Origin: Octopus sinensis | Lineage: Eukaryota | Length of the DNA stretch: 64,000 nucleotides | NCBI RefSeq assembly: GCF_006345805.1 | Contig: NC_043012.1 | Span: forward strand, 53,134,001-53,198,000 | Reading direction: 5' to 3' | Part shown: positions 1 to 12,561 of the stretch, one piece after another | Layout: each line of letters starts with the position of its first letter | How positions within the stretch are numbered: position 1 is the stretch's first letter | Notes under the pieces: model-generated | Told to the model about the DNA's origin: nothing | What the model saw: the letters and a program-made list of their open reading frames with translations, nothing else | Databases searched by the model: none | Translations under genes and position numbers: made by a program

Positions 1-80
1 TGAACAGCTTTAATTCTAGCTCTGTGCAACCAGGTTGATCTGGAGTTATACAATTACAAAAATAACAACAAAATACTTAC

Positions 81-147
81 ATTCTGGGAACTTTTCTTCA
101 TGTCTGTGATGGTATCAGCAGCTTCAATTAAATCTCTGTATCTTTCT
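81..147 (-). CDS. COG1: COG1 coding exon 4, (G)ERYRDLIEAADTITDMKKSSQN; gene continues beyond the window start
   Basis: CAG/GTAAG boundaries. Encodes the diagnostic GERYRDLIEAADTI motif of COG1. Confidence 0.95.
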
Positions 148-212
148 CTGCAAATAAAAGAGAAAATCATTTGCTGTTTAACAAAAGTTAGACACATGAA
201 GTCTTACTTTTT

Positions 213-730
213 CATCATCATCATCATCATCGTTTAACGTCCGCTTTCCATGCTAGCATGGTTTGAACAATTTGACTGAGGTCTGGCAAACCAGATGGCT
301 GCACCAGACTCCAACCCGATCCGGCAGAGTTTCTACAGCTTGATGCCCTTCCTAATGCCAACCACTCCGAGAGTGTTGTGGGTGCTTTTACATGCCCCCG
401 GCACGAGGGCCAGTCAGGCGGTACTGGCAACGGCCACACTCAAATGGTGCTTTTTATGTGCCACCTGCACAGGAGCCAATCCAGCAACACTGGCAACAAC
501 CTTGCTTGAATGTTTTTTTCACGTGCCACCAGCACAAGTGCCAGTAAGGCAATGCAAGTAACGATCACACTCGAATGGTGTTTTTTACGTGCCACAGACA
601 CAGAGGCCAGCTTGTTGCTCTGGCAACGATCACGCTCGTATGGTACTCTTAGCGCTCCACTAGCACGGATGCCAGTCATCGAATTTAATTTCAATTTCAC
701 TTGCCTCAACAGGTCTTCGCAAGGAGAATT
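213..730 (-). mobile_element. SINE-like retroposon with (GAT)n tail (family A)
   Basis: Shares 'gtttaacgtcc.ctttccatgctagcatgg' and 'ggcattaggaagggcatccagctgtagaaa' with copies at about 1530-1770, 2128-2575 and 4285-4563. Ends in (CAT)n on the + strand. Confidence 0.7.
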
Positions 731-1007
731 TAGGGTCCAATATTGTTTGTTAAATAGAATTATATTTAAATAACTAAAAAAAAAAATCACCAGCACTGTT
801 TATTCTGTTTTCTTGGTCTGGAGAAAGAGATACTATTGTCTGTGGTCTATACAAAGACTCCTAGACTTGTGAGATTGACACCATTAATATTCCTCTTGAA
901 CCTCTACAAGTCAACGCTTGCCAGAAAAGATATGAGCCAGCATTGAAAAGAAAGGATCAGAGAGAGATTTGTGCAGAGCCTGGTAGAATGAGACATGAGA
1001 AGTTTAA

Positions 1008-1229
1008 CCCTTTCGTTACTGTAATTATTTTGAGATGCTCTGTGTTTCTTTCAATTAATTTAAAATATAACATAGAATTTAGTAAAATCAATTAGTTATC
1101 ATTAAGCTAGTGTTAGGAACATAAATTGTGACCAAGGCTTGGTGGAAGATTTTAATTCAAAACTTATGAAAAGAAGACATTTATACTACTGAGCCAGAGC
1201 TGGTTTTGGCCGTGTTAGTAACAAAAGGG
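1008..1229. mobile_element. piggyBac-type MITE
   Basis: TTAA|CCCTTTCGTTACT ... AGTAACAAAAGGG|TTAA: short TIRs with CCC/GGG ends and a TTAA TSD. Confidence 0.75.
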
Positions 1230-1772
1230 TTAAGAAGATCAAGAATACCTGAGTAGGGGTGGCATGAGCCCAACCTGCCTCAAGGAGCAGAGGCCATTGT
1301 ACTAGTGGTTGGAAAACCAGAGAAAGGAGACAGCTGTTTCTTGCTTGATCCAACACTGAATTGCTCATGGGTATTTTCAGGGTGCAAGATTTTTCAGAGG
1401 ACCTTGCTAGCATGCAGTATGAAGGTAATCTTAGGACAGTTGTATGCTTTCTTTAATTAATCTCTTAATAATCTCTGCATACATTTATATATATATAATA
1501 TATATGAGCAATCCTAATCTTGTGGGCTCCTAAGTGCTGGTGCCATGTAACAAGCACCTGTACCAATGACACATAAACGCACCTCAGCTGGCGCTGCATA
1601 GAAGCACCCAATACACTTTGTAAAGTAGTTGGCATTAGGAAGGGCATCCAGCTGTAGAAACCATGCCAAGACAGCTATCAAGCCTGGGCAAGATCCTCAG
1701 CTGGCCAGTTCCTGTCAAACCATCCAACCCATGCCAGCAGGGAAAATGTACATTAAATGATGATGATGTTGA

Positions 1773-1812
<40 letters not shown>

Positions 1813-1813
<1 letters not shown>

Positions 1814-2095
1814 AAAATTATAAATTAGGGTATCTACGAGATACCACCATGCTGAAAATAGCAGCCATGATCTGACTTTAAAACCACCTAAATTGTCCAT
1901 ATATCAACACGTGTTGATATATGGATAATTTAGGTGGCTTTAAAGTCAGATCATGGCTGCTATTTTCAGCATGGTGGTATCTCATAGATACCCTAATTTA
2001 TAATTTTAAATATTATTACCTTTGAAGGTTATTTTTCCCATGCTGACCACTTGATAAAATCGTTATTTTATTTTTAAATTAACGATCTTATCCTT
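1813..2095. repeat. Zero-spacer palindrome (98 bp arms) plus unique tail; probable Penelope-like inverted insertion
   Basis: 1813-1910 is the reverse complement of 1911-2008 with 3 mismatches. Flanked by TA runs. The tail resembles the tail at about 25650-25700. Confidence 0.75.
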
Positions 2096-2127
2096 ATATA
2101 TATAGGCAGGATCAGAGCATCAGAAAA

Positions 2128-2575
2128 ATCGTTTAACGTCCACTTTCCATGCTAGCATGGGTTGGACAATTTGACTAAGGACTGGCAAACCAGATGGCTG
2201 CACCAGGCTCCAATCTGATCTGGCAGAGTTTCTACAGCTGGATGCCCTTCCTAACGCCAAACACTCTGAGAGTGTAGTGGGTGCTTTTACGTGCCACTAG
2301 CATGAGGGCCAATCAGGTGGTACTGGCAGTGGCCACGTACAAATGGTGTTTTTTACATGCCACCTGCACAGGAGCCAGTCCAGTGGCACTGGCAATGACC
2401 TTGCTTGAATGTCTTTTCACGTGCCAGTAAGGTGACGCTCGAATGGTGCTTTTTACATGCCACTGGCACAGAAGCCAGTTTCCTGCTCTGACAATGATCA
2501 CGCTCAGATGGGGCTCTTAGCACTCCACTAGTACGGATGCCCACAAGCACAAGTGCCAGTAAAGTGACTAGTGCC
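2128..2575 (-). mobile_element. SINE family A copy
   Basis: High similarity to 230-670. Confidence 0.7.
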
Positions 2576-2772
2576 AATTAAAATTCACAAGTTTTGTCCT
2601 ATTAAATGATGCTTACACATTGGATAATGTAATCCTGGATACACTATGCTTGCAAATAAAAAAAAATCACCGGATCGTCAAAGATAAAATATTTTGGACC
2701 ATAGATCTGCTCAGTCAGAGCTGACCCAGGACTATGGAACAGCATATATTGAAGAAATAAGGCAATGCTTAC

Positions 2773-2817
2773 CCAACCATTATGCGCAGTTCTTCCTTCT
2801 TACGTTCTATATCCAGT
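2773..2817 (-). CDS. COG1: COG1 coding exon 3, (R)LDIERKKEELRIMV(G)
   Basis: CAG/GTAAG boundaries, 45 nt, phases match both neighbours. Matches the COG1 motif IE.KKEELR.MVG. Confidence 0.93.
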
Positions 2818-3367
2818 CTGAAAGTCAAAGTAAAAAAGGACATTATATATTTGTAAGATCATAGCAGAGAACATTATACAATTAAAGGTATAAGACATCA
2901 ATGGTCATCAATGTATTTCATTATGTACATTTTGTACTTCTTAGTTTCGTCTGAGCCTCATTTAGCTACAAATACAAAGGTAAACATAAAAGAAAAATGT
3001 TTCACTCTCCAATACAAACATATTCCCAAAATTTTCTTAAATGGCCCATAAACACCTTCCACACTGCAGTTGCTTTTGTTCCAGCACACAATCAGGGATG
3101 TTTGGCCTCATGACTGGCACAAACTGATTAAATTTGGTGATCATTCCAGTACTGGACAAGGATTCTGGATTATTTGTTATATTTACTTTACTTTACATGA
3201 TTATGAACTTATGTTAACTTGCAAGTCTTTTACAATTATCTCCCATTAGGCTATAACTATTTTGAATGATGGTAGACGAGATGGGGAGGTTATAAGAAAT
3301 ATGAACTGGTAGGATCTTCTAAGAGAAACAATGACAGGATAAAGCACTCTCAGCTCTAGAAACTTAC

Positions 3368-3452
3368 CGATTCTTCTTCTCTATTTCACGTATTTCTTGA
3401 ATTGTGTATTTTTCAAACATCAAATTTGTATCCATTTCATGAAGAGGAAGAT
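3368..3452 (-). CDS. COG1: COG1 coding exon 2, (N)LPLHEMDTNLMFEKYTIQEIREIEKKN(R)
   Basis: CAG acceptor and GTAAG donor, 85 nt. Matches the COG1/Vps51-type N-terminal 'LFE.....EIR..E...R' segment. Confidence 0.9.
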
Positions 3453-4284
3453 CTGAATATACAATAAGATTAGGTATAATGATAATATGATGATACCATA
3501 AAAATAATATGAGGATATTATACCATCTTTACAACAGCACAATGTAATACGAAGATGAAATGAGCGTCATATGATGATGATGTGAAGATGAGATGATATG
3601 ACAATCACATGATCATTACATTATAATGAGATGATGGCGATGAGTGATGACATAAGGACAAATCAAAGACATACAGATGATATGATAAAGATGACAAGAT
3701 GATGAGAAAACAATCAAATAATGATGACATGAAGAGGAGATAAAATGAAGATGAGACAGTTGATACTGGCATTGCTGTACCAAATCATTCAGTCTCAAGT
3801 TCAGCACCTTGAGCAAGTGTCTTCTGTAGATCTGGGCTGACCAAAGCCTTGTGTGTGGATTTGGTAAAGAGAAACTGAAAGAAGCACATTTTGTGTGTAT
3901 GTGTCCTACCCTCTCCCTCCTCTCTATCTGTGAGGTAGTTGGCATTAGGAGGAGCATATATATATATATATAGAGACACACACACACATATACCACTGGT
4001 TAAGTTATTTTGTCTTACATCATTTCTGATGATACGTCAGTCACTCTAAAATATTAAATAAATATTAGATACAGTATTAATTTATGTCACCTGGCAAAAC
4101 AGTAACAATGTTCATAATATACTGTACTGTTAATTACAGGTTGTATCGATTGGTTACGTTCATATTCGTCTCCGAGAAACAAATAAAAAAGCAACAGAAA
4201 CATGTAATCTATATAGAATTTCAAAATTAATGTTAAAATACAGTATACATCATTGATCCCAAGCTTCGTCATTTTACATCGAAG

Positions 4285-4563
4285 ATGCCAGCACCGCCTG
4301 ACTGGCATCTGTGTCGGTGACACGTAAAAGCACCAACTGATCGTGGTTGTTTGCCAGTCACCTCTGGCCCCTGTGCCGGTGGCACATAAAAAGCATCCAC
4401 TACACTCACGGAGTGGTTGGCATTAGGAAGGGCATCCAGCTGTAGAAACACTGCCAGATCAGACTGGAGCCTGGTGCAGCCTCCTGGCTTCCCAGACCCC
4501 GGTCGAACCGTCCAACCCATGCTAGCATGGAAAATGGACGTTAAACGATGATGATGATGATGA
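4285..4563 (+). mobile_element. SINE family A copy
   Basis: Reverse-orientation match to 213-430, with a (GAT)n tail. Confidence 0.7.
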
Positions 4564-5010
4564 AAAGGCAAGAGGCTTTTTCTCATTTAGATAAATGTCT
4601 TGCTTTATTTGGGTATATGGGTCCCAATGCAGAATGTTTTGTAAACATTTTGGGGGATTATCAAGATACTATTGCAGCTTATTACCTAATCTTTAAAGAG
4701 AGAAAGAAAAAGACAATTCAAGGAACTTTAGACAAGTTTGCACAATGAGCTACACCATCACAACAGGAGTCAGCTGACAATCCCCAACCATTAACATCTC
4801 CTATGTAACCTCTTCCTCCTCCTCCTCCTCCTCCTACAATAGCCTCAATGAGTAACACCAATGTCAGCCATCAGGTGGCAATAGTACAGTATTTGAAATT
4901 ATTTGCTGCTAATATAAAAGGAGCCTAGGCTTGCCTAACGATTTACCACATTCTTAGGCTAACATAAAAACAACCTGGGCAGCCTAGGTTTTAATTATTA
5001 CACATATATA

Positions 5011-5499
5011 ATGGTTTGTCTGGAAAGTTCATGCCGATTTATAGTAGCTTACCTTTTGACTTATTTTAGAACATGGTTGAGTCCATAAAATAGGATTTGA
5101 CTACACCTCCATTTGGAGCACAGTTTAAGCTATCTTCTCGTGGAAGAAGGTTTTTGGGAACCAGACAAAAATTGCTGCAGCTTGGCTGGGATGTGATACC
5201 CCACCCTCCATATTCACCAAATATTGTTCCTTCAGATTTCCACTTAATCACGTCTCTGCAGAATAGTCTTAATGGTAAAAATTTCAATTCCTTGGATGAT
5301 GTAAAAAGATACCTAGATGAATTCTTTGCCATGAAACCACCTCAATTCTGGGAAGAGGGTATTTTCAAGTTAAAGGAAAGATGGAGAGGCATTGTACAAC
5401 AAAATGGTTCATATTTGGTTGATTAAAAATGTAATGGCAAGTATTTATTGACCTTTTTCTTTCCTTTAAAAATCGGCATGAACTTTCCGGACAACCCAA
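5011..5499 (+). mobile_element. Internally deleted mariner (DD34D type) keeping the transposase C-terminus
   Basis: ~30 bp TIRs (ttgggttgtccggaaagttc-type), TA flanks. ORF 5097-5426 contains PHPPYSPNIVPSDFHL, a YSPDLAPSD-like motif. Confidence 0.9.
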
Positions 5500-6086
5500 T
5501 ACATTTAAATAATGGATATTTCAACTTGAGTCATTTTTCAACTGATGTCATGTCTTCTGAAACCAATTAACAACATAGGATGAGGTACAAATGTGTGTGT
5601 GTATGTGTGTGTGAGTGTGTGTGTGTGTGTGTGTGTATGTATGTGTGCATGTGTGTGATTATGCATAACCTTATCTTGACATCAAGTGATGGTGGTAAAC
5701 ATGCATTGCCATTCATAGAAGTGGTGTCGTTCATATCTGGGGGAGGGGGGGTCTTCCTTGGGGGAAGCAAGCTTGGCCATGGGAAATATTGCTTGGAAAT
5801 AGGGGACAGTTCTCAACGAGAAAGACATCAGGCCATAGAAAATCTACCTGACCAAATTCTGTTTGACCCATGTAAGCATGGAAAAGTGAAGATGACATTG
5901 TCACATGTCAACAACATGAAGATGACAACATGAGGATGACATATGACAAGATAACAATGACATAATTAAGACATGATGAGAAGACCACACTAAGAAAACA
6001 GGGAGGTGACACAATGATAATGTGACAATGACACTATAATGTCATGGCAATAACAAAACACCATGAAAGTAATATGAAGCAATTAA

Positions 6087-6414
6087 CCCCTTACCCAACA
6101 ATTATTTTGAAAATAAATGTATTTTTTCAGACATATTTTTTAATTGTTTTATTTTACTATGTTTTGAATGGTGATTTCGAGGCATATTTCAAACCTTATT
6201 TATTATGAATTTTAATTCAATAATATTGATTTTAAATTACCGCTTTGGGCAGAAACGAGTTATACTCGTATATGTCAAAAAAGAGTTTATAATAGACGAA
6301 GGAACTCGTTTGCTGTCGATTTTGGCGAGTCATCTTTTGACAAGTTAACTCGCCAGAGATAAAAAAAAACGATTTCGGTCAAAACGCATATATTCGTTTC
6401 TGCCGGGTAAGGGG
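6087..6414. mobile_element. piggyBac-type MITE
   Basis: TTAA|CCCCTTACCC ... GGGTAAGGGG|TTAA. Confidence 0.75.
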
Positions 6415-6518
6415 TTAAAGTAAATAAGATGTTTCTGTTACTTTCAGATTTTCTTCTAGTCTTAATTTGATTTTCTCAAAGTTTTAAATTATACTTTTAC
6501 AGCTTTATATCTATCTTA

Positions 6519-7184
6519 GGATCGTTACCTTTTGACTGACAGATTTCAAAAATAATTTTTTGTAACTAAACACTTTCAAACTTCGGACACTAGTAGAATG
6601 TGTCATATAAAGCATCTTTTACTCTTAGCGTTTTTGAGAAAAACTTATATTTAGGAAATTATTTCACGTTAAAGTTGTCATATTTCGGCAATTTCAATCA
6701 ATCAATGACGTGTATTCAGCTGAATAAAATTCCTGACGTTGTTTGTCAACAACAACTATCAGCGGTGTATTTTTCATTTGTCACTGTTATTTATGACATT
6801 GTTCATGGTTTTAGTTTTAAGAATTTAGGGTTAGGGTTTTAAGGTTAGGGTTTTAGGGTTAGGGTGTTAGGGTTAGGGTTTTAGGGTTGAGGTTTTAGGG
6901 TTAGGGTTGTCATAAATAACAGTGACAAATGAAATATACACTCTTGGAAGTTCTTGTTGACAAACAATGGCTTTAATTTTATTCAGCTGAATACACGTCA
7001 TTGATTGGTTGAAATTACCGAAATACAACTTTAACATGAAATAACTTCCTAAATATAAGCTTTTCTCAAAAACGCTAAGAGTAAAAGATGTTTTATACGA
7101 TACATTCTACCAGTGTCCGAAGTTTGAAAGTGTTTAGTTACAAAAAATTATTTTTTAAATCTGTCGGTCAAAAGGTTAAGATTA
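6519..7184. mobile_element. GGATC-terminus foldback MITE, long form (~280 bp inverted arms around a TTAGGG-like core)
   Basis: About 6519-6800 is inverted relative to about 6908-7184. Central degenerate (TTAGGG)n at about 6826-6908. Confidence 0.8.
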
Positions 7185-7584
7185 CTATTTTATAATGACA
7201 AGTTATTCAAAAATTTGAATACTTGCTTAATGGCCAAGCAGATGTTCTGCTGTGGATGCTGAAGTATCAGAGGAAGTGGAATGGTCCTTTGTCAGCCAAG
7301 CTAACTGGAGTAAAGAGAGTTATGTGCCTTGGCCCAGGACAAATCCCTGTAGTCATATGGTTATGGTCAGTTGATGAGGCCTAAATACAGGTAGATAGAT
7401 AGGGTTATTTGTGGATCAAATGTCTTAATATAAATTCTGACCTAACTGCCAATATAGCACACAAATGACACAACCATCCACATACACAAAGACAACACAA
7501 CAACGGACACGACTGAGAAAACCATCAACAGACAGACGACACAACATCAACAAGAATATAGGCGAAATCACAATCGAAGCAGAC

Positions 7585-8190
7585 GACCACGAATACAAAC
7601 AACATAACAACCAACAGACAAGACCACGAATACAAACAGCCTAACAACCAACAGACAAGACCACGAATACAAACAGCCTAACAACCAACAGACAAGACCA
7701 CGAATACAAACAGCATAACAACCAACAGACAAGACTACGAATACAAACAGCCTAACAACCAACAGACAAGACCACGAATACAAACAGCATAACAACCAAC
7801 AGACAAGACCACGAATACAAACAGCCTAACAACCAACAGACAAGACCACGAATACAAACAGCCTAACAACCAACAGACAAGACCACGAATACGAACAGCA
7901 TAATACAAACAGCATAACAACCAACAGACAAGACCACGAATACAAACAGCCTAACAACCAACAGACAAGACCACGAATACAAACAGCATAACAACCAACA
8001 GACAAGACCACGAATACAAACAGCCTAACAACCAACAGACAAGACCACGAATACAAACAGCCTAACAACCAACAGACAAGACCACGACTACAAACAGCAT
8101 AACAACCAACAGACAAGACCACGAATACGAACAGCATAATACAAACAGCATAACAACCAACAGATAAGACCACGAATATAAACAGACAAC
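7585..8190. repeat. 37-bp minisatellite, about 16 units, in COG1 intron 1
   Basis: Unit acaaacagc(c/a)taacaaccaacagacaagaccacgaat repeated head-to-tail with no unique spacers. Confidence 0.95.
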
Positions 8191-9234
8191 ACAACTATCG
8201 ACATACAAACAACATAACTTCAAAACATCGACAACACAACCACCGACATACCGATGACACAGTTATTTAGACGACATACAGTGACTGTCAACGATATCGA
8301 CCTCACTCGTCGAGGATTGAAAACGTCCATGGAGGGCAACGCCTGTCCTCATGTGAATACTGACAAACGGCAAAGGTAAGCAAACGACGACAACAATTAA
8401 ACTCGATACGAGACAATATTTATTATTGTTATTATTACAAACAGCAGGTAAAAATCATAAATGCAGATTGGCCGTTTGAGTGGTATTTATAAGTGTGAAT
8501 TTTATGACAGTGCTTAACTTCATAAATCACTACTGTATAATAAAAGAAATAGTTGAGTAATACACAAGCAAAGAAGGAAAACAAAAGACTCTACTCCGTA
8601 ACTCCGGCTTCCAGAAATAGCAGCCAAAATCTCCTTCGAATCACACTCTATTGGCTTTAAAATTAGAACGGCACATTAGATAGTGCAACCCTTGATAGCT
8701 GTAAAATTTCCAAGAGGCTCACGGCAGCAACAGTTCTGGATATAGTTGGAACTCTCTACTCAGTCAGGGCTGACAGAGAGGAGGGAGATTTAAATAACAA
8801 TTGGAGAAATCCAGGAATATTGTTGGCTTTGGTTGTCGGCAAAAGACCGACAAAATGTGAAGGCATGATAAACGATAAACGAGACAGACACGGAAAAAAA
8901 AAAACAACACATAAACTGCCAAAAGATTAATAGTTAACGATAACTAGGAAAGTAGTAAATTTAAGCAACAATAAATAATATAATAAAGAGTTAATTTAAT
9001 GAATAAAATGTAATTTCCTTTAACTTCCTGAGGATTTTTTTTTTCTTAATGACGTGTTACACAAATCTTGTATTCGAATCATAACAACACAAATTGTCAG
9101 CTGATTTCAGAGATACACACAGATACACTAGGTATAAAAGCAGTAATAGCATCAAAAGAATCATACCAGGTTGTGTTAAAAATGAATGAGATGAAAATAA
9201 CAGAGAAAGGCGTCTAAATATGATGTTTACTTAC

Positions 9235-9259
9235 TCTGGACTGGCTTCTTCGACGCCAT
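9235..9259 (-). CDS. COG1: COG1 (conserved oligomeric Golgi complex subunit 1) coding exon 1, MASKKPVQ
   Basis: ATG at 9259, then a GTAAGT donor in phase 1 that joins in frame (A|AT = Asn) to the exon at 3452-3368. Assignment rests on splice and phase compatibility. Confidence 0.7.
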
Positions 9260-9708
9260 GCTTGGTACACAATTCCAAGGGAGGCAATAAAAAGAATTAA
9301 AGTAATTCTTATTTCCCTTTATTTCTCACAGTCTTGCGAAATTTAATGTTCTTTGACCAATTCTACTGAGGCAAGAGAGAGCGAAATTAAATTTAATTTC
9401 ATCTAGTTTCAGCTCACGAGCTGTGGCCATGCTAGGGCACCACCATTCAAAAAATATATATATAATGAGTAACGAATTTTAATTTATAAAAAATCAATTC
9501 TTTAATTTGAAGGTCCCATTCTACCCAAAGTTAAAATTTCACAAAACGTTGCAAAGTTCCAAAAATCCAGACAAAAACAAATCTTCATTACATTTTATTT
9601 TGTTCTTATAACCATTCTCCACTCAGCTCTAATAATCTAGAATCCAACCTTCTTCTTGAAAATCTCTAAATCTAGCCATACTTGTTTGCATGTAAAGGCC
9701 ACGAGGTA

Positions 9709-9975
9709 GAAGCATGGAACAAACTGCCGGCATCAGTTGTTAGTTGTCGGAGCACTGCATCCTTCAAAACTTCCATGCTTTCTGAGATTCGCCAACACTA
9801 CACCTGATTTTCTCCCCTCCATACACACACAGGCATGTATCTGACTCATACCTTGTTCGCTTTCCAGACATTTCTACATTACTGCATATGCTTTATATGC
9901 ACTTTTGACAAGTTGTGGTGCACCTGAGCACTGTATACAATAATTTCATTATTATATTATTATTATTATTATTAT
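9709..9975 (+). mobile_element. CR1-like LINE 3' end with (TAT)n tail
   Basis: Encodes EAWNKLPASVVSCRSTASFK, a CR1 ORF2 C-terminal WNxLP motif. An inverted copy lies at 10280-10570. Confidence 0.7.
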
Positions 9976-10279
9976 TAATTTATTTATATAATGTAACAGA
10001 GATTTAATTCCGTTTATTCGTCGAATACTTTTAGTAAGCTCCGCTTCACTTAGACCAGGAGGAAAGTATTCTGTTGCTACATTTGATCTATAACATAACC
10101 CGATTTTTCTTGTTGCCAAACTTTAGAAACTCGATAGATACAAGCCGCAGGAGGATACAATATTCATGTCAAAACAATAGAAATTCAATGACTGAATTAG
10201 TATAACTGTAAATGTATTTTACTGGTACTCTGTCGGTTGGAAAAGAGTGATATGATTAAGTCTTCTTTACATGCGTATT

Positions 10280-10570
10280 ATAATAATAATAATGAAATTA
10301 TTGTATACAGTGCTCAGGTGCACCACAACTTGTCAGAAAGTGCATATAAAGTACATGCAGTAATGTGGAAATGTCTGGAAAGCGAACAATGTATGAGTCA
10401 GATACATGCCTGTGTGTATGGAGGGGAGAAAATCAAGTGTAGTGTTGGCGAATCTCAGGAAGCATGGAAGTTTTGAAGGATGCAGTGCTCCGACAATTAA
10501 CAACTGATGCCGGCAGTTTGTTCCATGCTTCAGCAACTCTCAGCGTGAAAAAATGTTTCCTGAAGTCATG
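10280..10570 (-). mobile_element. CR1-like LINE 3' end, inverted relative to 9709-9975
   Basis: Minus strand reads KHFFTLRVAEAWNKLPASVVNCRSTASFK, with a (TAT)n tail. Confidence 0.7.
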
Positions 10571-10753
10571 GGAGATAATTATTGTTCATTATTCTGTCGA
10601 AGGATATTGCCCTCAGCTAGTGGTAGTTCCCTTCCATTGGCCATCTTCTTTGTTAACGAGGTGTGGATTAAATAGGTTTTTTTTACCGAATTCCTAAACA
10701 AGAGACAACACATTGTTTGCTTCTCCATTGAAAGACAATCAACAACATTCTTT

Positions 10754-11075
10754 GGATCTTTTCGCTTTGACCGGCAGATTTTTATTTTTAAAATAATTTC
10801 TTTGTAACTAAACACTTTTAAACTTCGTATACTGGTAGAATGTGTTTATAAAACATCTTTTTCTCTTGGCTTTCTTGAGAAAATTCTATAGTTTGTAAGA
10901 TATTTGTTGTTTAATTTCTTGCATTTCGGCAATTTCAACCAATCAATGACGTCTATTGGGTTGATCACAATTTCTCCGGTTCTTTGTCATTAACATTTTC
11001 TGGCGGTGTAGTATATAAAGTGTTTAGTTACAAAGAAATTATTTTAAAAATCTGCCGGCCAAAGCGAAAAGATCC
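10754..11075. mobile_element. GGATC MITE copy without the telomeric core; 8-bp TSD CATTCTTT
   Basis: TIRs ggatcttttcgctttgaccggcaga / tctgccggccaaagcgaaaagatcc. The empty site of the host repeat is visible at about 19318-19345. Confidence 0.9.
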
Positions 11076-11538
11076 CATTCTTTACACTCATCTGAGATAT
11101 TTCAGTGTGAAATGTAAATGTATTGTTATCATTAAAACAAGGTGCAGTTGGTGCCAAACTTGCATTCATAGTAAAAGCAATTCTCCTTGGACATTAATGC
11201 TTCGAGTCCTAGGGACGGTTCCTTGGTTTCCATGGCGTTTAAGTGACCGAAAATCACAAAATTTCGCCAGTCCATCGTAGGGTTGCTCATTTGAAGGTGA
11301 GTGAGCAGGAGCAATGCGAAATGAAGCGTTTTATTCAAGAATGCAAAGAATGCCAAGCACCACCCAGTTCGGGAATTGAAATCGCGATCTTGTGTTCGTA
11401 AGAACAACAACCTAACCACTACGCCACGCGCTTTCCACAAACATGTGTTTATACGCAGAGAAAAATATATCTCCTCATTGCGTTGTAATTCTATCAATAA
11501 TGTTCTAGTCATATTATTATATACAAAGAAATAACGTA

Positions 11539-12022
11539 GGATCTTTTCGGTTTGAGCGGCAGTTTTTTCTTGCGGTGTCATATGAAATTGTCACCCATAA
11601 TTATGACCCTAGTATCGATCTATTGCATTTCAATCTGAATTAGGGTTAGGGGTGGGGGGAAGGGTATCTTTTTTTTTTCACAAATGAAAATAAACCCAAT
11701 CTGTTTCTTAAACAAGGAACATATTCATACGGCACAGAATGTTTTTTTACCTCAATAGACGTTATTGATTATTTGAAATTGCAGAAATTGAAGAAAAAAA
11801 ACAACAAACATCTTACAAATGGCGGTGCCCCAGCATGGCCACAGCTCATAAGCTGAAACTGGAAAAATAAAAAAAAATAAAAATAAAAAACTATAGAATT
11901 TTCTCAATAAAGCCAAGAGAAAAAGATGTTTTATAAACACATTCTACTAGTATACGAAATTTAAAAGTGTTTAGTTACGTGGAAATTATTTTAAAAAACT
12001 GCCGTTCAAACCGAAAAGATCC
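11539..12022. mobile_element. GGATC MITE, short form, with a nested SINE 3' fragment (about 11820-11890)
   Basis: TIRs ggatcttttcggtttga / tcaaaccgaaaagatcc, short TTAGGG core. Confidence 0.85.
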
Positions 12023-12528
12023 TACAAATAAATAAAGTACTTAAACTAAAAGCTATTTTACACCATTTGCACTCAAAGAGCTCTTTGGAAACGCATGAAC
12101 TTCACAGCATAAATATTCCTTGTCTTTCTGAAAACGAAAATTTCAATCAATTCTTTTTTTTTATATATGCTGATAAGAAGAGTGAATAGTCAGAAGTAGC
12201 CTCCCTTTAACTGGTTTGCACGCTATTCTCTGTTAACAATTTGCCGTATTAAATTTTACTTCCCAACGCTCACAAATCATTAATAAACTTCTATTTATTT
12301 TATTTATTATTGGTTATGATTTTTTATAGACAAATTTTGTGAATTGGGAGAAAACTACATTTTAAGAGTTCTCACATTATCAATATTTATCATCTTATAT
12401 CACTGTCATTATGTCCTGAGTTCAAATTCCGCCGAGGTCGACTTTGCCGTTCATCCTTTCGTACTGGGGGTCAATCTTATCGACTGGCCCTCTCCCCAAA
12501 ATTTCGGGCCTTGTGCCTAAAGTAGAAA

Positions 12529-12561
<33 letters not shown>

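Noticed and set aside
6826-6908. TTAGGG tracts as a true telomere or fusion scar
   Set aside because: All such tracts are short, degenerate and enclosed by MITE TIRs.
7585-8190. 37-bp repeats as a CRISPR array
   Set aside because: Units are contiguous with no unique spacers, there are no cas genes, and the context is a eukaryotic intron.
8307-8330. Alternative COG1 first exon (ATG GAC GTT...CGA|GTGAG)
   Set aside because: The donor is phase 0, incompatible with the phase-1 acceptor of exon 2.
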